Shown: positions 19,024-30,208, counted from the first letter of the stretch. The stretch: 64,000 nt of DNA from an uncultured Bacteroidaceae bacterium (GCA_964538375.1 CAZIFQ010000003.1:130439-194438), one strand, 5' to 3'. Made by a program: numbers and translations. The notes: generated from the letters alone by a model not told the origin.

Positions 19024-22000
19024 TTATTTTTTTAATTTAGACGGAAAGATATCATACTTTTTCTTGAAGCACTTTGAAAAATAGCCTGCATCGTTAAACC
19101 CGCATTTAATAGCTACCTCAGATACTGACATTGATCCCTTCTTTAGCATTATATAGGCTTGTTTTAGACGAATGCTGCGCATAAACTCTGTTGTTGAAAG
19201 TCCTGTAATGCTTTTAAGCTTGGTATGTAGTAAGGTCCGACTTACATTCATATTTGAGCAAAACATATCTACATCGAATTTAACCTCATCCAGGTGCTCA
19301 TGCACAACATTGACCGCCCGGGAAAGAAATTTTTCATCTTTTTCAGAACAAACCACTTCGTCATAACGAATATCATATTCATCACTGAACCTTCGAATCA
19401 ATTCTCTTCTGAATGACAATATCGATTCTATCTTCAAGACCAATTCCTCATGCTTGAAAGGTTTGGCCAGGTAAGAAACAGCACCCTTCATGTAACCTTT
19501 TAACTCTATATTTTTCTCGGCAGCAGCTGTAAGTATTATGATTGGGATATGAGATGTCAGTATATTTGCCTGTAAGGACTCAATTACTTCAAAACCATTC
19601 ATTTCTGGCATCATGATATCGCATATAATCAGCGAAAGTTCTTGTTGTACCACCATGGATAAGGCCTGCTTTGGACTGCTGGTTATGATTGTGTTATATT
19701 CTGAATCCAAACTATCCTTGAGCATAGTTAGCAGATCTTCATTGTCATCGATGATTAAAATGTGTGGTCGATTTTCCTCTTTAATCATTGTCTTAGCAAC
19801 AGATTCACGATGAATTATATTATCGTACGCTCCTTCTGCCTGAAGATTTATCCCATGAAGTATCTGCTCCTTACCGGGCTTATCTATTGGAAATTCAACT
19901 TTGAAGATTGATCCCAAACCAAGCTCTGACTCAAGCTCAATAGTACCTCCCATCTGTTTAACCATTCCTGCAGTATAAGCTAATCCAATACTTTTCTCAC
20001 TCAAATTTGCACCTTCATCATTGTTAAAATGCTTTTGGATTTCATTGAGCAACTCCCCATGGATTCCCGGTCCTGTATCTTTCACAAGCAACACGCATGT
20101 TGTCCTGTCCTTTTCATCTACAGAAACTTCTACATAGACACTCCCATTACTCTTGTTAAACTTAAACGCATTGGACAACAGGTTATAGATTACCCGTTCC
20201 AATTTTTCAGGATCAAAATATCCCAGGATATCACTTTGAATAATTTTTTTAGTATAGCTTAGTTGGTTCGCTTCTGCCCAGTTATCAAACATGCTGCATG
20301 TATTTGCCGCGAACTGAAGGATGGGTTGTTTTTTTACCTCAAGGGGCTTAAAACCGGACTCCAGCTTTCCATAATCCATAAAATCATTGACAAGTTTGCT
20401 TAAATTATCGGAATTATTCTGGATGGTTTGCAACTTGTCTTCTACATCCTTATCCACGCTAAATTTTGTGAGAATATTTGAAATCGTACCTCCAATAATG
20501 GTTAAGGGAGTCCTGAATTCGTGTGAGATATTCAAAAAGAAACGCATTTTTTGGTCATTCAACACTTTTTGATTGTCCTTTTCATAACGCTCAAGAGACA
20601 GGAAGTTTTTTTCATTTTGCCTTCTTAAAAATTCCCGCCTCGCATATAGAAAGATCAGCATCACCAGGATAGCATAGAATACATAAGCATATGCTGTTTG
20701 CCAAACGGCAGGTTTTCTATAAATATTTATAACAGAAGGTGGCCCGTATATTAGCCCATCTGAGACCGGTCGCACTTCAACTTTATGCCATCCTTTTGAT
20801 AAATTTGAAAATGTAACAAGGCGGTTACTCAGCATTTGATCCCAATTCCCTTTTTTACCGGAAATCCTAATCTCATAATTTAAGTCCCTTGATTGAGTGT
20901 AAGCTAAAGTGGAAAATTCAAGAGATAAAAAAGTCTGATAAGATTTCAGTCGCAATATGTCCTGCTTGTTATCCATGTACAGCGTATGAAGAGTGGTCTT
21001 ATCATCTCCAACAACGGTGTAGCTGGTGAATAAAACTTCAGGAATTCTGTGCACATAATTCTTTAGTTTAACAGGATCGAATGATATCAATCCATTGTAG
21101 GTTCCAAAAAACATCTGGTTGTCAGAAGTTTTAAAGGCCGAATTGAAATTAAACTGGTTTTCAGGCAACCCATCATACATATTGTATTTCTTCAACAACT
21201 CCCCATCTTCAGTAAAACAACTAAGACCATTTGTGGTACTCACCCAATAGGAACCAGCGTCATCAATTAATACCGACCTGAATTCTGTAATACCTTTGCT
21301 GGTAAGAATACAATCCAGGGATTTATTGTCGCAGGAAAACATATACAATCCGGAAGTACAGGTGATGGCAAATCTTTGTTTTCCGATATCGGTAATAGAT
21401 GAGATATTCTGCATCTCATAAAACTCATCTTCCCTTGAAAAGTTTGTTATCACATCATTCTCCAGGTCACAATAGTATAATCCATTCCTCAGTGTTCCTG
21501 CCAATAATTCATTATCAGATACACATTTTAGTGTATAAACCATCCTATTCGCAAAAATTTCTTCCTTATATGCATAGATATCCCTCGTTTTCAGGTCAAG
21601 AATATAGATACCATCAACGGCTCCAACATATATCTTTTCATCGCTACTACCAGAGATAGCAAAAATCATTTTGTTTACAAGATATGATTCAACCCTGGCT
21701 AACCCTGGTTCCTCTCCGATGAAAGTAATATGATAGCACTCTAATCCCTCGTTGAATGAACCCACCCAAAGTTTATCCCCATCCAGAATCAGGGAATGCA
21801 CATTTTTATACTCATTCTCTTTTTCAAAAAAGAAGCGCTTAACGGCTCCTGTTTTAAGATTGAGATAATTTAGCCCTCCATCTTCAAGAGCTAACCAGAG
21901 GTTGCCAAACTTATCTTCCTGCATCTCTCTAACTACCTTCCCACTTAGATTGTCATCGCTGTTACCCGGGAAATAAATGGCGAACTTATCAAAACTGCTG

Positions 22001-22944
22001 TTCCAGATGTTGATACCCCCAAAATATGTCCCCACCCACATATTATCAGCCTTGTCCCTGAATATAGAATAGATGGCATTGTCATTCAGTCCCTGGTTTA
22101 AAGAAACATCTCTGAACAATTCCTGGGCACTTTCTGTTTTCGGATCGAAAATCACAATTCCGAATTCACCACCTACCCATACTCGTTTTTCATGATCTAA
22201 CTCAATACAACGAATGTGCTTATCGGCGAAAAATGAATTGTAATTTCTAACAATCTCAAAATCACTGTTCCTGTAATATAGATTGGTAAATGTCGAAAAC
22301 CAATATCCTCCCTCGCCATCTTTAATTATTCCATTAATATCATGGAAATATGAATCATTCCCAATATCAGATTCCAACAATTTCATATGTTTATCGAAAC
22401 GAAAAAATCCTTTGCTTGTACCGAGCAAGAGTTCTTCTTTTTCGCTAATTATCATTGCTCTTACGTGTATATTATCTATGCCAGACACATATTGATTGTA
22501 ATTCTTCCATTGTTTCCCAGCCCTGTCATATTGATAGAGCCCGGCACTTGTACCACAAAAAATATTATTTTCAAACTCAATGAAGCACGCTTCATCTAAT
22601 AACTGTAGCTTTTTGCTCAATTTAAGTTGATTGCTATGCATGTTATACTCGTAGATTCCTGAAGAAGCAACGGTAAAGAAACCACTGCTTGTTTCAATCA
22701 TTGCAGAAAATTCCTTTGGAGCAGATGAAATGGAATCTTCCATGGTGGAAATAAGAAAATTGTACCCATCATATCTCGACAATCCACTCCTGGTTCCTAC
22801 ATAAATGTACCCTCCCTCATCCTGAAAAACAAAGCGCGCATGATTATCTGGCAGCCCGTCGTTACTTGTCATATGCAAGAAACGCTGTGCATAAGTACCA
22901 GTCAATGTAATAAATAGAAATACTATGGCGTAAAATACTCTCAT
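19024..22944 (-). CDS. Hybrid two-component system (sensor propeller, Y_Y_Y, HisKA, HATPase, REC, AraC HTH)
   Basis: Reg_prop repeats (DGLPDN, WVGTYFGG), TM, NISHEFRTPLT, YNLLSNAFKF, DTGPGI, CDIMMPEMNG, GFNDAGYFSKCFKK. Start moved from 23040 to the signal-peptide ATG. Confidence 0.96.
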   Translation of the reverse strand: MRVFYAIVFLFITLTGTYAQRFLHMTSNDGLPDNHARFVFQDEGGYIYVGTRSGLSRYDGYNFLISTMEDSISSAPKEFSAMIETSSGFFTVASSGIYEYNMHSNQLKLSKKLQLLDEACFIEFENNIFCGTSAGLYQYDRAGKQWKNYNQYVSGIDNIHVRAMIISEKEELLLGTSKGFFRFDKHMKLLESDIGNDSYFHDINGIIKDGEGGYWFSTFTNLYYRNSDFEIVRNYNSFFADKHIRCIELDHEKRVWVGGEFGIVIFDPKTESAQELFRDVSLNQGLNDNAIYSIFRDKADNMWVGTYFGGINIWNSSFDKFAIYFPGNSDDNLSGKVVREMQEDKFGNLWLALEDGGLNYLNLKTGAVKRFFFEKENEYKNVHSLILDGDKLWVGSFNEGLECYHITFIGEEPGLARVESYLVNKMIFAISGSSDEKIYVGAVDGIYILDLKTRDIYAYKEEIFANRMVYTLKCVSDNELLAGTLRNGLYYCDLENDVITNFSREDEFYEMQNISSITDIGKQRFAITCTSGLYMFSCDNKSLDCILTSKGITEFRSVLIDDAGSYWVSTTNGLSCFTEDGELLKKYNMYDGLPENQFNFNSAFKTSDNQMFFGTYNGLISFDPVKLKNYVHRIPEVLFTSYTVVGDDKTTLHTLYMDNKQDILRLKSYQTFLSLEFSTLAYTQSRDLNYEIRISGKKGNWDQMLSNRLVTFSNLSKGWHKVEVRPVSDGLIYGPPSVINIYRKPAVWQTAYAYVFYAILVMLIFLYARREFLRRQNEKNFLSLERYEKDNQKVLNDQKMRFFLNISHEFRTPLTIIGGTISNILTKFSVDKDVEDKLQTIQNNSDNLSKLVNDFMDYGKLESGFKPLEVKKQPILQFAANTCSMFDNWAEANQLSYTKKIIQSDILGYFDPEKLERVIYNLLSNAFKFNKSNGSVYVEVSVDEKDRTTCVLLVKDTGPGIHGELLNEIQKHFNNDEGANLSEKSIGLAYTAGMVKQMGGTIELESELGLGSIFKVEFPIDKPGKEQILHGINLQAEGAYDNIIHRESVAKTMIKEENRPHILIIDDNEDLLTMLKDSLDSEYNTIITSSPKQALSMVVQQELSLIICDIMMPEMNGFEVIESLQANILTSHIPIIILTAAAEKNIELKGYMKGAVSYLAKPFKHEELVLKIESILSFRRELIRRFSDEYDIRYDEVVCSEKDEKFLSRAVNVVHEHLDEVKFDVDMFCSNMNVSRTLLHTKLKSITGLSTTEFMRSIRLKQAYIMLKKGSMSVSEVAIKCGFNDAGYFSKCFKKKYDIFPSKLKK

Positions 22945-23117
22945 ATAAGCTAAGCCTTCTCCATGCAAATTTAATGATTTCAATGTAGCAAATAATCTGA
23001 TGCTTACCATGTCAGCAGTACACTTGCATACCTTGTACAAAACTATATGATTAAGTATAAGAAATTGAGTTTTCTGTCATAAAACATGGTATATCAACTG
23101 TCTTATTTTCAATTACT

Positions 23118-23182
23118 TGAACATATGTACCCAACAAATGAACGATCTTCCTGATATCGAGTAGATTGATTTCATAAATTTA
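23118..23182 (+). promoter_or_regulatory. Candidate HTCS operator (21-bp-spaced direct repeat) and -7-like element for the PUL operon
   Basis: TGAACata at 23118 and TGAACgat at 23139; TAAATTTA at 23175-23182. Confidence 0.4.
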
Positions 23183-23208
23183 AGATATAATGAAGAGAAC
23201 TAATAAAG

Positions 23209-24312
23209 ATGCCTAAACTATCTTTCATAGTATTCCTTGTGGTGCTGACTTCATGCAATGGATTCAAAGGAAAAGATCAGCTACCTTATCAAAATCCTTT
23301 AGCAGTTGAATTTGGAGATCCGTACATTCTTCTTGCGTCTGACGGAAGATATTATATGTATGGCACTGGTGGAGGGGCGATTGATGGATTCAGTGCCTAT
23401 TCATCAGACAACATGGTGGACTGGAAACATGAAGGACAGGTCTATAGAGGTAATACAGAAAATTCATGGTCGCTTAAGAATTTCTGGGCGCCCGAGGTCT
23501 ATGAAAAAAACGAAAAATTCTATTTGCTTTTTAGTGCAGATTGGAGATACAATCCTACTAACGAATTAGAAAATTTTCGTATTGGTGTTGCAGTGGCTGA
23601 TTCTCCCACCGGGCCATTTGAAGATATGTATGACCATCCGCTGTTCGATCCCGGTTATCCCATTATTGATGCAAACCTTCTTTTCGAAGGAGATAAAACT
23701 TATTTATATTATTCCCGATGCTGTTATAAGAACCCGGTTGAAAGCGACGCTGCTGAATGGGCGAGAAATGAAAATCTGTTTGAAGAAATTGAGGAAAGCT
23801 GGATATACGGAGTTGAAATTTCTCCTGATTTTGATACCATCATTGGAGAACCTGAACTAATTTTGCGCCCCCCGGTAAATAACAACGATGAACAATTTGA
23901 ATGGGAAAGCAGGTCTGTTACTTCCGGTGAGGTTAACCGAAGATGGACTGAAGGGTCTTTTATATTCAAGAAAAATGGAACCTACTATATAATGTACTCT
24001 GCCAACTTCTTTGGCGGTAAACACTATGCAGTTGGATATGCAACTTCTACCGATCCCCTGGGACCATTTATTAAAGCAGAAAACAATCCGGTTCTGCAAA
24101 AGAATATCCAGGATGGAGGTGTCGTAAGCGGTACTGGCCATAATAGTATTACCTGGTCGAAAGATGGCAAACAAATGTATTGTGTTTATCACGGGAGGAC
24201 CACAGAAACCGGAAATGAGCGTGTAGTATTTATAGACAAGATGAAAATCAGCGAAGAAGGTGTTCTTATTGTTGAAGGTCCAACAACTACAATTCAATCA
24301 ATGATGCAATAA
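23209..24312 (+). CDS. GH43 glycoside hydrolase, lipoprotein (arabinofuranosidase/galactofuranosidase-like)
   Basis: Lipobox LTSC; catalytic motifs FGDPY, WAPEV, IIDAN, WTEGS intact; GTGHNS. Confidence 0.92.
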   Translation: MPKLSFIVFLVVLTSCNGFKGKDQLPYQNPLAVEFGDPYILLASDGRYYMYGTGGGAIDGFSAYSSDNMVDWKHEGQVYRGNTENSWSLKNFWAPEVYEKNEKFYLLFSADWRYNPTNELENFRIGVAVADSPTGPFEDMYDHPLFDPGYPIIDANLLFEGDKTYLYYSRCCYKNPVESDAAEWARNENLFEEIEESWIYGVEISPDFDTIIGEPELILRPPVNNNDEQFEWESRSVTSGEVNRRWTEGSFIFKKNGTYYIMYSANFFGGKHYAVGYATSTDPLGPFIKAENNPVLQKNIQDGGVVSGTGHNSITWSKDGKQMYCVYHGRTTETGNERVVFIDKMKISEEGVLIVEGPTTTIQSMMQ

Positions 24313-24388
24313 TTAAAAGAATAAACAAACATTACAAATGTATAACAATAGTCACAGTATTATGAAATACTATTTTACTAAACAATCT

Positions 24389-27300
24389 ATGAAAACAGCA
24401 ATATTATTACTGTTTATTTTGACATTATCAATAAGCGCTATAGGTCAGAATACAGTAACTGGAGTAGTTAAAGATGCTGTTGATGTCCTGCCCGGGGTAT
24501 CAGTTGTAATCAAGGGAACTACCACAGGGACTATTACTGATAATAACGGTAGCTTCACTGTTAATATCGAGCAGGGAACTATCCTCAGTTTCTCTTATAT
24601 TGGTTATGAAACTAAAGAAGTTGAATACACAGGAAACTCTCAGGAAATGCTTGTCGTGTTGGCAGCGAAAACGGAAGAGCTGGATGAGCTAATTGTTATT
24701 GGGTATGGTACGCAAAAGAAGAGTGACCTCACAGGAGCAGTAGGTGTTGTAGATATGGATGAGCTAAAGAAAGTCCAGACAACTGGTGTGGCGGAGGCCT
24801 TGCAGGGTCTTGTTGCCGGAGTATCTGTTAAGACATCTGGTTCTCCCGGGACATGGGGTGATGTGAAGATTAGAGGATTTGGATCATTTTCCAATTCTGG
24901 CCCCCTATATGTTATTGATGGTCTGATTTTGAATGATGCCAATGGGATCAACACATCGGATATTGAATCCATCCAGGTACTAAAGGATGCTTCTGCAGCA
25001 GCCATCTATGGATCTCGAGGTTCAAACGGCGTTATTATCATTACAACCAAGAAAGGGCGTGAAGGACCTTCTAAAATTGATTTTACAGCCAGTTACGGTA
25101 TTCAGGAATTATCAAAAAAACTTGATATGATGGGTTCTGAAGAATATCTTTTCTATAATCAACTTGGGTATATTAATGGAGGAGAAGAATGGCTTGGTCG
25201 CCCAGCAGTTGGAGATACAGTTGCTAACACTGATTGGCAGGATGCTATCTTCCAGATTGGAAATGTCCAGGAATACAATTTATCCATTGCAGGAGGTTCA
25301 AAGAATAATAAGTACATGATTGGAGCAGGCTATTATTCTCATGAAGGTGCATTGAAGGGCCCCTGGTACAATCGTATGACATTCAGGGTAAATTCTGAAA
25401 CCAAAAAAGGTCGCCTAACTGTTGGTGAGAACATTTCATATACGATTTCTGAGCAAAAACTTTCAAATGGAGGCTCATTTGGGAACGCGTTGAATATGCC
25501 TCCGGTCATTCCAGTATATAATCCTGACGAAATAAGTGGCAGAGGTGGATATGGTTATGGAAATGTAAAATATCCCACTTATGCCACAAATCCTGTCGCC
25601 ATTCAAGAATCTATTAATGATATGCAGAACCATCACAGGATCATTGGAAACATGTTTGCAGAGTTGGAATTGGTAGAGGGCTTACGATTCAGGAGCAGTA
25701 TAGGTATAGACCATTGGAATGGTCGTTTTAAATATGTGGACGAGGCTGTGACCAAACGTTATCTCTCCGTTGAGACACGTTTTAATGATCTTCTTTCGGA
25801 AGAAAGAGTGGAAAGAACTAACCTATCGTTGGAAAATACTTTAAGCTATAATTTGAATTTAGACAAACACAGAATAGAATTCCTTCTTGGAAGCACGGTT
25901 GAGAACAGTAAGATGTATTTCCTTGGAAATAATGGTTACAACCAGAATGTTTTGGGAAAATGGCAAATAGATCTTGTTCAGGAGCAAAACAATATGTGGG
26001 GAAGAGAGCATGAGGTTCATATCATTTCATACCTTGGAAGAATAAATTATAACTTTGATGATAGAATTTTATTCCAGTCAAACATCAGAAGAGACGGATC
26101 ATCGAAGTTCGCCCCGAATTACAAATGGGGATTCTTCCCTTCTGCCTCCCTGGGATGGAGAGTCAGCAATGAGAGCTTTTTTCAGTCACTTAAAAATACG
26201 GTATCTGATCTGAAACTTCGTGTAAGCTATGGTTCAAATGGTGACCAGGCTGTGCTGGGAGCTTACGACTGGATTCCTACAATAGATCACAATGGTCCAT
26301 ATGAGGGGCTTTATTATAACTTTGGGGGAGTCATCAATGAGGGTGCGATACAAACAACTAGGGCAAATACAAATTTGCACTGGGAATCGAAAACAACCTT
26401 TAATGTAGGTGCTGATTTTGGGCTATTTCAAAATAAATTATATGGTTCTGCAGAATGGTACAGTGCAAAATCAACCGGTTTACTTGTGAGTCTGCCTCTC
26501 TCCTTTGCAACAGGAGTTGGAGTCAGTTTCTATGGTAGTGATGCCAGTGAATGGACCAATTATGGGGAAATGACCAATAAGGGTTTGGAGCTAACACTTG
26601 GATGGAAAGAAGTACGAGGAGATTTTGCCTACAATATTAATGCGAATTTCAATTCAATAAAGAACAATGTTATTGAACTGGGAGAATCCTTCAGGGAAGG
26701 AGGATTCAGTCATGTGAACAGGACAGCCGAAACCAGGTCTGTATCCGAATTTTACCTGATTAAAACTGATGGTATTTTCCAGAGCATGGATGAAGTATTT
26801 AACCACACTGCTACCTTAGAGGATGGAACTATCGCACTTATTCAGCCCAATGCTAAACCTGGTGATATACGCTATGAGGATTTCAATACTGATGGTCAGA
26901 TAGACCTGGATGACAGGCAGTGGTGCGGAAGTCCCCTTCCAAAATTTGAAGCAGCACTTAATTTTTCAGCAAGTTACAAAGGTTTTGATTTATCGATGTT
27001 CTGGACAGGTGTTTATGGAAATAAAATCTTCAGTGTATTGAGAACCGGGATTGAAACAATGGACAGCCCGAATAACATGCCTTCATATATAGAACCCTGG
27101 ACATGGGATAATCCTTCAGAAATTTATCCAAGACCAGTGAAAGGGACAACGGATAATGCCAGGGCTCAGTCTGATCGTTGGATTGAGGATGGATCGTTTC
27201 TGCGGTTGAAAAATTTTCAAATCGGATATTCTGTTCCTGAGTCCTTATTACGAAAAACAAATTTCTTCCAATCTTGCAGGATATATATGAGCGGGCAAAA

Positions 27301-27433
27301 CTTGCTCACTTTCACAAATTATCTTGGATACGATCCAGAAATCGCCGGAAATGATGTGTTTGGATTGGGTAATGATTGGGCAGGATATCCGCCTGTGACT
27401 TCATATATGGTTGGACTGCAGCTGTCGTTCTAA
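24389..27433 (+). CDS. susC: SusC-like TonB-dependent transporter
   Basis: CarboxypepD_reg-like N-terminus, IGYGTQKKSDLTGAV, IQVLKDASAAAIYGSRGSNGVIIITTKKG plug, C-terminal GLQLSF. Start moved from 24338. Confidence 0.97.
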   Translation: MKTAILLLFILTLSISAIGQNTVTGVVKDAVDVLPGVSVVIKGTTTGTITDNNGSFTVNIEQGTILSFSYIGYETKEVEYTGNSQEMLVVLAAKTEELDELIVIGYGTQKKSDLTGAVGVVDMDELKKVQTTGVAEALQGLVAGVSVKTSGSPGTWGDVKIRGFGSFSNSGPLYVIDGLILNDANGINTSDIESIQVLKDASAAAIYGSRGSNGVIIITTKKGREGPSKIDFTASYGIQELSKKLDMMGSEEYLFYNQLGYINGGEEWLGRPAVGDTVANTDWQDAIFQIGNVQEYNLSIAGGSKNNKYMIGAGYYSHEGALKGPWYNRMTFRVNSETKKGRLTVGENISYTISEQKLSNGGSFGNALNMPPVIPVYNPDEISGRGGYGYGNVKYPTYATNPVAIQESINDMQNHHRIIGNMFAELELVEGLRFRSSIGIDHWNGRFKYVDEAVTKRYLSVETRFNDLLSEERVERTNLSLENTLSYNLNLDKHRIEFLLGSTVENSKMYFLGNNGYNQNVLGKWQIDLVQEQNNMWGREHEVHIISYLGRINYNFDDRILFQSNIRRDGSSKFAPNYKWGFFPSASLGWRVSNESFFQSLKNTVSDLKLRVSYGSNGDQAVLGAYDWIPTIDHNGPYEGLYYNFGGVINEGAIQTTRANTNLHWESKTTFNVGADFGLFQNKLYGSAEWYSAKSTGLLVSLPLSFATGVGVSFYGSDASEWTNYGEMTNKGLELTLGWKEVRGDFAYNINANFNSIKNNVIELGESFREGGFSHVNRTAETRSVSEFYLIKTDGIFQSMDEVFNHTATLEDGTIALIQPNAKPGDIRYEDFNTDGQIDLDDRQWCGSPLPKFEAALNFSASYKGFDLSMFWTGVYGNKIFSVLRTGIETMDSPNNMPSYIEPWTWDNPSEIYPRPVKGTTDNARAQSDRWIEDGSFLRLKNFQIGYSVPESLLRKTNFFQSCRIYMSGQNLLTFTNYLGYDPEIAGNDVFGLGNDWAGYPPVTSYMVGLQLSF

Positions 27434-27462
27434 TTTGATAAAATGAATTAAAGCATAATAAA

Positions 27463-29040
27463 ATGAAAAAAGGTGTTTCTATATTTTTGTTCCTTGGATT
27501 GATCATACTTTTTCAATCCTGTTCCGAGGATAAACTTTACCTTAATGACCCGAACCGAGAATCATCTGACACCTATTGGGAGCAAGAAGATGACTACTGG
27601 CTTGGCCTTACTGCAGCCTATTCGGGATTCCGAGTGCCTGGATATTTTAGCAGATGGTTTCACGTTCTGATGATCTCCAGAAGTGATGAAGGTTGGAGTG
27701 AAAGTCCAAATGCGTATTTCCAGGCATATTCTAATTTCAACATAATAAGTTATAATGATGACAATGCAGAGGGAATATATCAGCCCTGGGCAGTTATTTA
27801 TCGACAGATCTTCTATGTGAACCAGGTGATAGACAATATGAATGAAAAAGGATTTGATCTCTTTGAAAATATAGATGATGCAAATAGCATACTTGGGCAG
27901 GCCTACTTCGCAAGGGGATTCGCTTACTGGTACCTGGCTGGATCATATGGGAAAGGTCCGAGGATGATCAACTCTACAGATAATGGAGAGATCATACTTC
28001 AGGAAGACATCTATCTCCAGGCGATGAATGACTTTAAGCAAGCAGAGGAAATTCTACCTGTTAGCTGGTCATCAGGTGATGTAGGGAGACCCACACAAGG
28101 CAGTGTGAAGGGAATGATTGCAAGGATATATTCCCAGTTGGCCGGATATTACAATAGACCTGAAATAAATGATCAGACAAAGGTGCAGGAGTACTGGAAC
28201 CTGACCAAAAATGCTCTCGAAGATGTTTTTACTATGAATTATTCACTGGTGCCTGATTATAAAGACAATTTCACCATGGTCAATGAGAATAATAGCGAGT
28301 CTCTCTTTGAAATTCAGTTCGATGAAGGACTATACAACGGGAGTGAACTAGGAGCCCACAGGCCAAAATTCTTCGGGCTGGTGGTTGATGGAGGTGCCTG
28401 GGCGGATGCTTATCCCAGGGCCTGGTTACTGGATGAGTTTAAACTCGAGCGTACCGCAGCTGATGAAGTTGACCCAAGACTGGGTGTAACACTATTCTAT
28501 GATATTCCTGGTGATACAACCTTACTGTATGGAAATACCTGGGATCAATGGATGGCAACCGAAGATTATACGCTCACTCAACCTTGCTACTGGAGAAAAT
28601 ATACCCGTGTTGATACGCATAGTTCTGAAGATTACAGCTCAGGAATCAATTTCCGCTTATTAAGACTTGCAGACATGTATCTTCTTTACGCGGAAACTCT
28701 CAATGAACTCAATGGAGACAGGTCTGAGGCTGTTGAATATATTAATAAAGTCAGACGTAGGGTGGGAATGAGTGACCTTGATGCTGGTAATTTTTCCAGC
28801 AAGAATCTTCTTCATGAACAAATTATGCACGAAAGATTGATGGAACTATGCGGGGAAGGAACCAGATGGTACGATTTGGACAGATGGGGTATTTTGCACG
28901 ACCAGGTTGAAATAAACGCTATGGCTTCAGAAAGAGATGCAGAATTCAATAATTTCGAGTTAGGAGTTAGTCACCTATACCCTATCCCAAACAGAGAATT
29001 ATCTCTTTATCCCGGATTGGAGCAAAATCCAGGTTACTAA
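27463..29040 (+). CDS. susD: SusD/RagB-family glycan-binding lipoprotein
   Basis: Lipobox FQSC, GQAYFARGFAY, LLRLADMYLLYAE, ERLMELCGEGTRWYDLDRWG, LEQNPGY. Confidence 0.96.
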   Translation: MKKGVSIFLFLGLIILFQSCSEDKLYLNDPNRESSDTYWEQEDDYWLGLTAAYSGFRVPGYFSRWFHVLMISRSDEGWSESPNAYFQAYSNFNIISYNDDNAEGIYQPWAVIYRQIFYVNQVIDNMNEKGFDLFENIDDANSILGQAYFARGFAYWYLAGSYGKGPRMINSTDNGEIILQEDIYLQAMNDFKQAEEILPVSWSSGDVGRPTQGSVKGMIARIYSQLAGYYNRPEINDQTKVQEYWNLTKNALEDVFTMNYSLVPDYKDNFTMVNENNSESLFEIQFDEGLYNGSELGAHRPKFFGLVVDGGAWADAYPRAWLLDEFKLERTAADEVDPRLGVTLFYDIPGDTTLLYGNTWDQWMATEDYTLTQPCYWRKYTRVDTHSSEDYSSGINFRLLRLADMYLLYAETLNELNGDRSEAVEYINKVRRRVGMSDLDAGNFSSKNLLHEQIMHERLMELCGEGTRWYDLDRWGILHDQVEINAMASERDAEFNNFELGVSHLYPIPNRELSLYPGLEQNPGY

Positions 29041-29093
29041 ATCGCCTTATTAATTTGTTGAATATGAAAGTAATAAATCTCAAAAGATATACG

Positions 29094-30137
29094 ATGAAAA
29101 GAATAATAGGAATTTTGATTTTTCCACTCCTGCTTACTTACACAAACTCATGCACTGACGTGCTTGGAGATGGTATGTATACTATTGTTTGGGAAGGTAG
29201 TGAAGTGCCACAGGACTCCTGCTATAGAAATCCTGTCTGGGATCCAGACCTCTCATTTCCTACAGTATTCAAAGCAGCTGTCGGATATTATGCCTTTGGT
29301 GCCGATAATGAATGGAGCCCAGGTATGGAAATTACAACACCTGCCTTGAGCTCCACGGACTTAATGAACTGGAGATTAAGAGGTTCGTGCTTCAATGCCA
29401 AACCCGATTGGTCTGAAGAAAAAGTTACGGCTCTTTCAGCAGGATTTGCAAAAACAAAGGGTATGTATTATATTTTTTATGCTTTGGGAAACGAAGGCAT
29501 TGGAATGGGAGCTTCAAAAGCTCCTCAGGGACCATTTACTGATTTTGGTCTGCTAATAAATGCAGATTCTGTGGGTCTTTTTGAATGTAATAATCCATTT
29601 TTCTTTACTTTCGGTTCCAAGGCATATATCTATTTTCAGGGTGGAGATGGGATGTATGGTCATGAATTGCTTTTAAGCAAAACTGAATTGGCAACACTTA
29701 ATGGTGACCTATTTAAAGTGGCAGGTGGTTCAATTAGCAGCATAAATATGACTAAACTTGGTGATTATTATTACATGTTTGGAGGAATTGATGCTGGTGT
29801 TGGAAGTAAAATTACTCTCGGACGTGCTGACAATGCTAAGGGTCCATTTTTGGATAAGAATGGTGATTCCTTGTTAGATGGTGATGGAACGACATTATTG
29901 CAAAGTATGGAGGATAATGTATTTAGTGAAGTCAAGCACGTTGGGGGAGTCTTCGAGGATTCAAATGAGGATATCTGGATAGTATACCAGGCCACAAACA
30001 TGAATATGCCACTCTTAACCTCCGGCTCTGAACGACATCCTTTGATGCTTACTAAAATAGATTTTGACAATGATGGATGGCCTTTAAAGGTTTTTGAAGC
30101 AAAAAGCGGATGGAATCATCCCAAGTTTGCCAAGTAA
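29094..30137 (+). CDS. GH43-fold lipoprotein lacking catalytic residues (probable surface glycan-binding protein)
   Basis: Lipobox TNSC; YRNPV, STDLMNW, PQGPFTD, GPFLDKNG propeller motifs kept; catalytic positions read LSFP, VTALS, CNNP, ISSI. Confidence 0.7.
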   Translation: MKRIIGILIFPLLLTYTNSCTDVLGDGMYTIVWEGSEVPQDSCYRNPVWDPDLSFPTVFKAAVGYYAFGADNEWSPGMEITTPALSSTDLMNWRLRGSCFNAKPDWSEEKVTALSAGFAKTKGMYYIFYALGNEGIGMGASKAPQGPFTDFGLLINADSVGLFECNNPFFFTFGSKAYIYFQGGDGMYGHELLLSKTELATLNGDLFKVAGGSISSINMTKLGDYYYMFGGIDAGVGSKITLGRADNAKGPFLDKNGDSLLDGDGTTLLQSMEDNVFSEVKHVGGVFEDSNEDIWIVYQATNMNMPLLTSGSERHPLMLTKIDFDNDGWPLKVFEAKSGWNHPKFAK

Positions 30138-30208
30138 GAATTCAATATCTTATAACTTAATTACGTAAATTTCTATCTATATTAATTTAATAACTAAAAA
30201 TTTCAATT

